Of a DNA stretch of 64,000 nt, positions 63,735 to 64,000 are shown one piece after another. This stretch comes from Chiloscyllium plagiosum (lineage: Eukaryota), in contig NC_057718.1 of NCBI RefSeq assembly GCF_004010195.1, positions 100,837,637 to 100,901,636 on the forward strand, in the 5' to 3' direction. The position numbers and the translations under genes are program-made. Under the pieces are notes generated by a model. That model was not told where the DNA came from. It searched no databases and saw nothing but the letters and a program-made list of their open reading frames with translations. Positions within the stretch are counted from its first letter, which is position 1. The number at the start of each line of letters is the position of its first letter.

Positions 63735-64000
63735 ACCTCCGAGATCTGTACACGGTAGCGACCTCCAAAATTGGAAGTCAATGTGTTGGCAGGATGATTG
63801 GCGTGTGCAGAACATCCAAGTGTTTGTGCAGCTTAAAGGGAACAGTGCATGAGATGGAGGATGATCAGGGAGAAGATACAGAGGTCAAAGAAATGATCCC
63901 TGATCAGGAGCGGACCAGAAAATGTGCTCCTCTGTCAGCGGGACGGTCCTATGAAGTGAGATTAGGCAAAATGGGCCCGTGTCCTCTACAGAATGACAAA
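63735..64000 (+). CDS. Candidate coding exon running off the window end
   Basis: Acceptor ttttgtttgttggtgtgcag; frame open 63698-64000: LRDLYTVATSKIGSQCVGRMIGVCRTSKCLCSLKGTVHEMEDDQGEDTEVKEMIPDQERTRKCAPLSAGRSYEVRLGKMGPCPLQNDK; CpG-retaining, non-repeat; no recognised homology. Confidence 0.3.

Overview
Repeat-dense, AT-rich vertebrate genomic DNA, most likely a cartilaginous fish (shark): it carries HE1-like V-SINEs sharing a CR1 3' tail, SacSINE-like SINEs, and CR1, Rex1/Babar-like, Tx1/L1 and Penelope-like (PLE) remnants. It looks like a large intron or intergenic region. No complete gene is recognisable; there are two weak + strand exon candidates (15022-15168, and 63735 to the window end). 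Nearly all listed ORFs are decayed transposon fragments or low-complexity read-through. The most interesting structure is ~20 short PLE-derived insertions in three or four families. All carry a minimal hammerhead-ribozyme core (CUGANGA-A-stem II-GAAA-palindrome-NUH) with family-specific stems, and many form asymmetric inverted repeats with a ~33-nt one-sided tail and 9-15 bp target-site duplications. There are also several short local duplications or templated insertions and many nested insertions. Family names come from recall of consensus sequences, not database searches; element boundaries are approximate unless TSDs are given.
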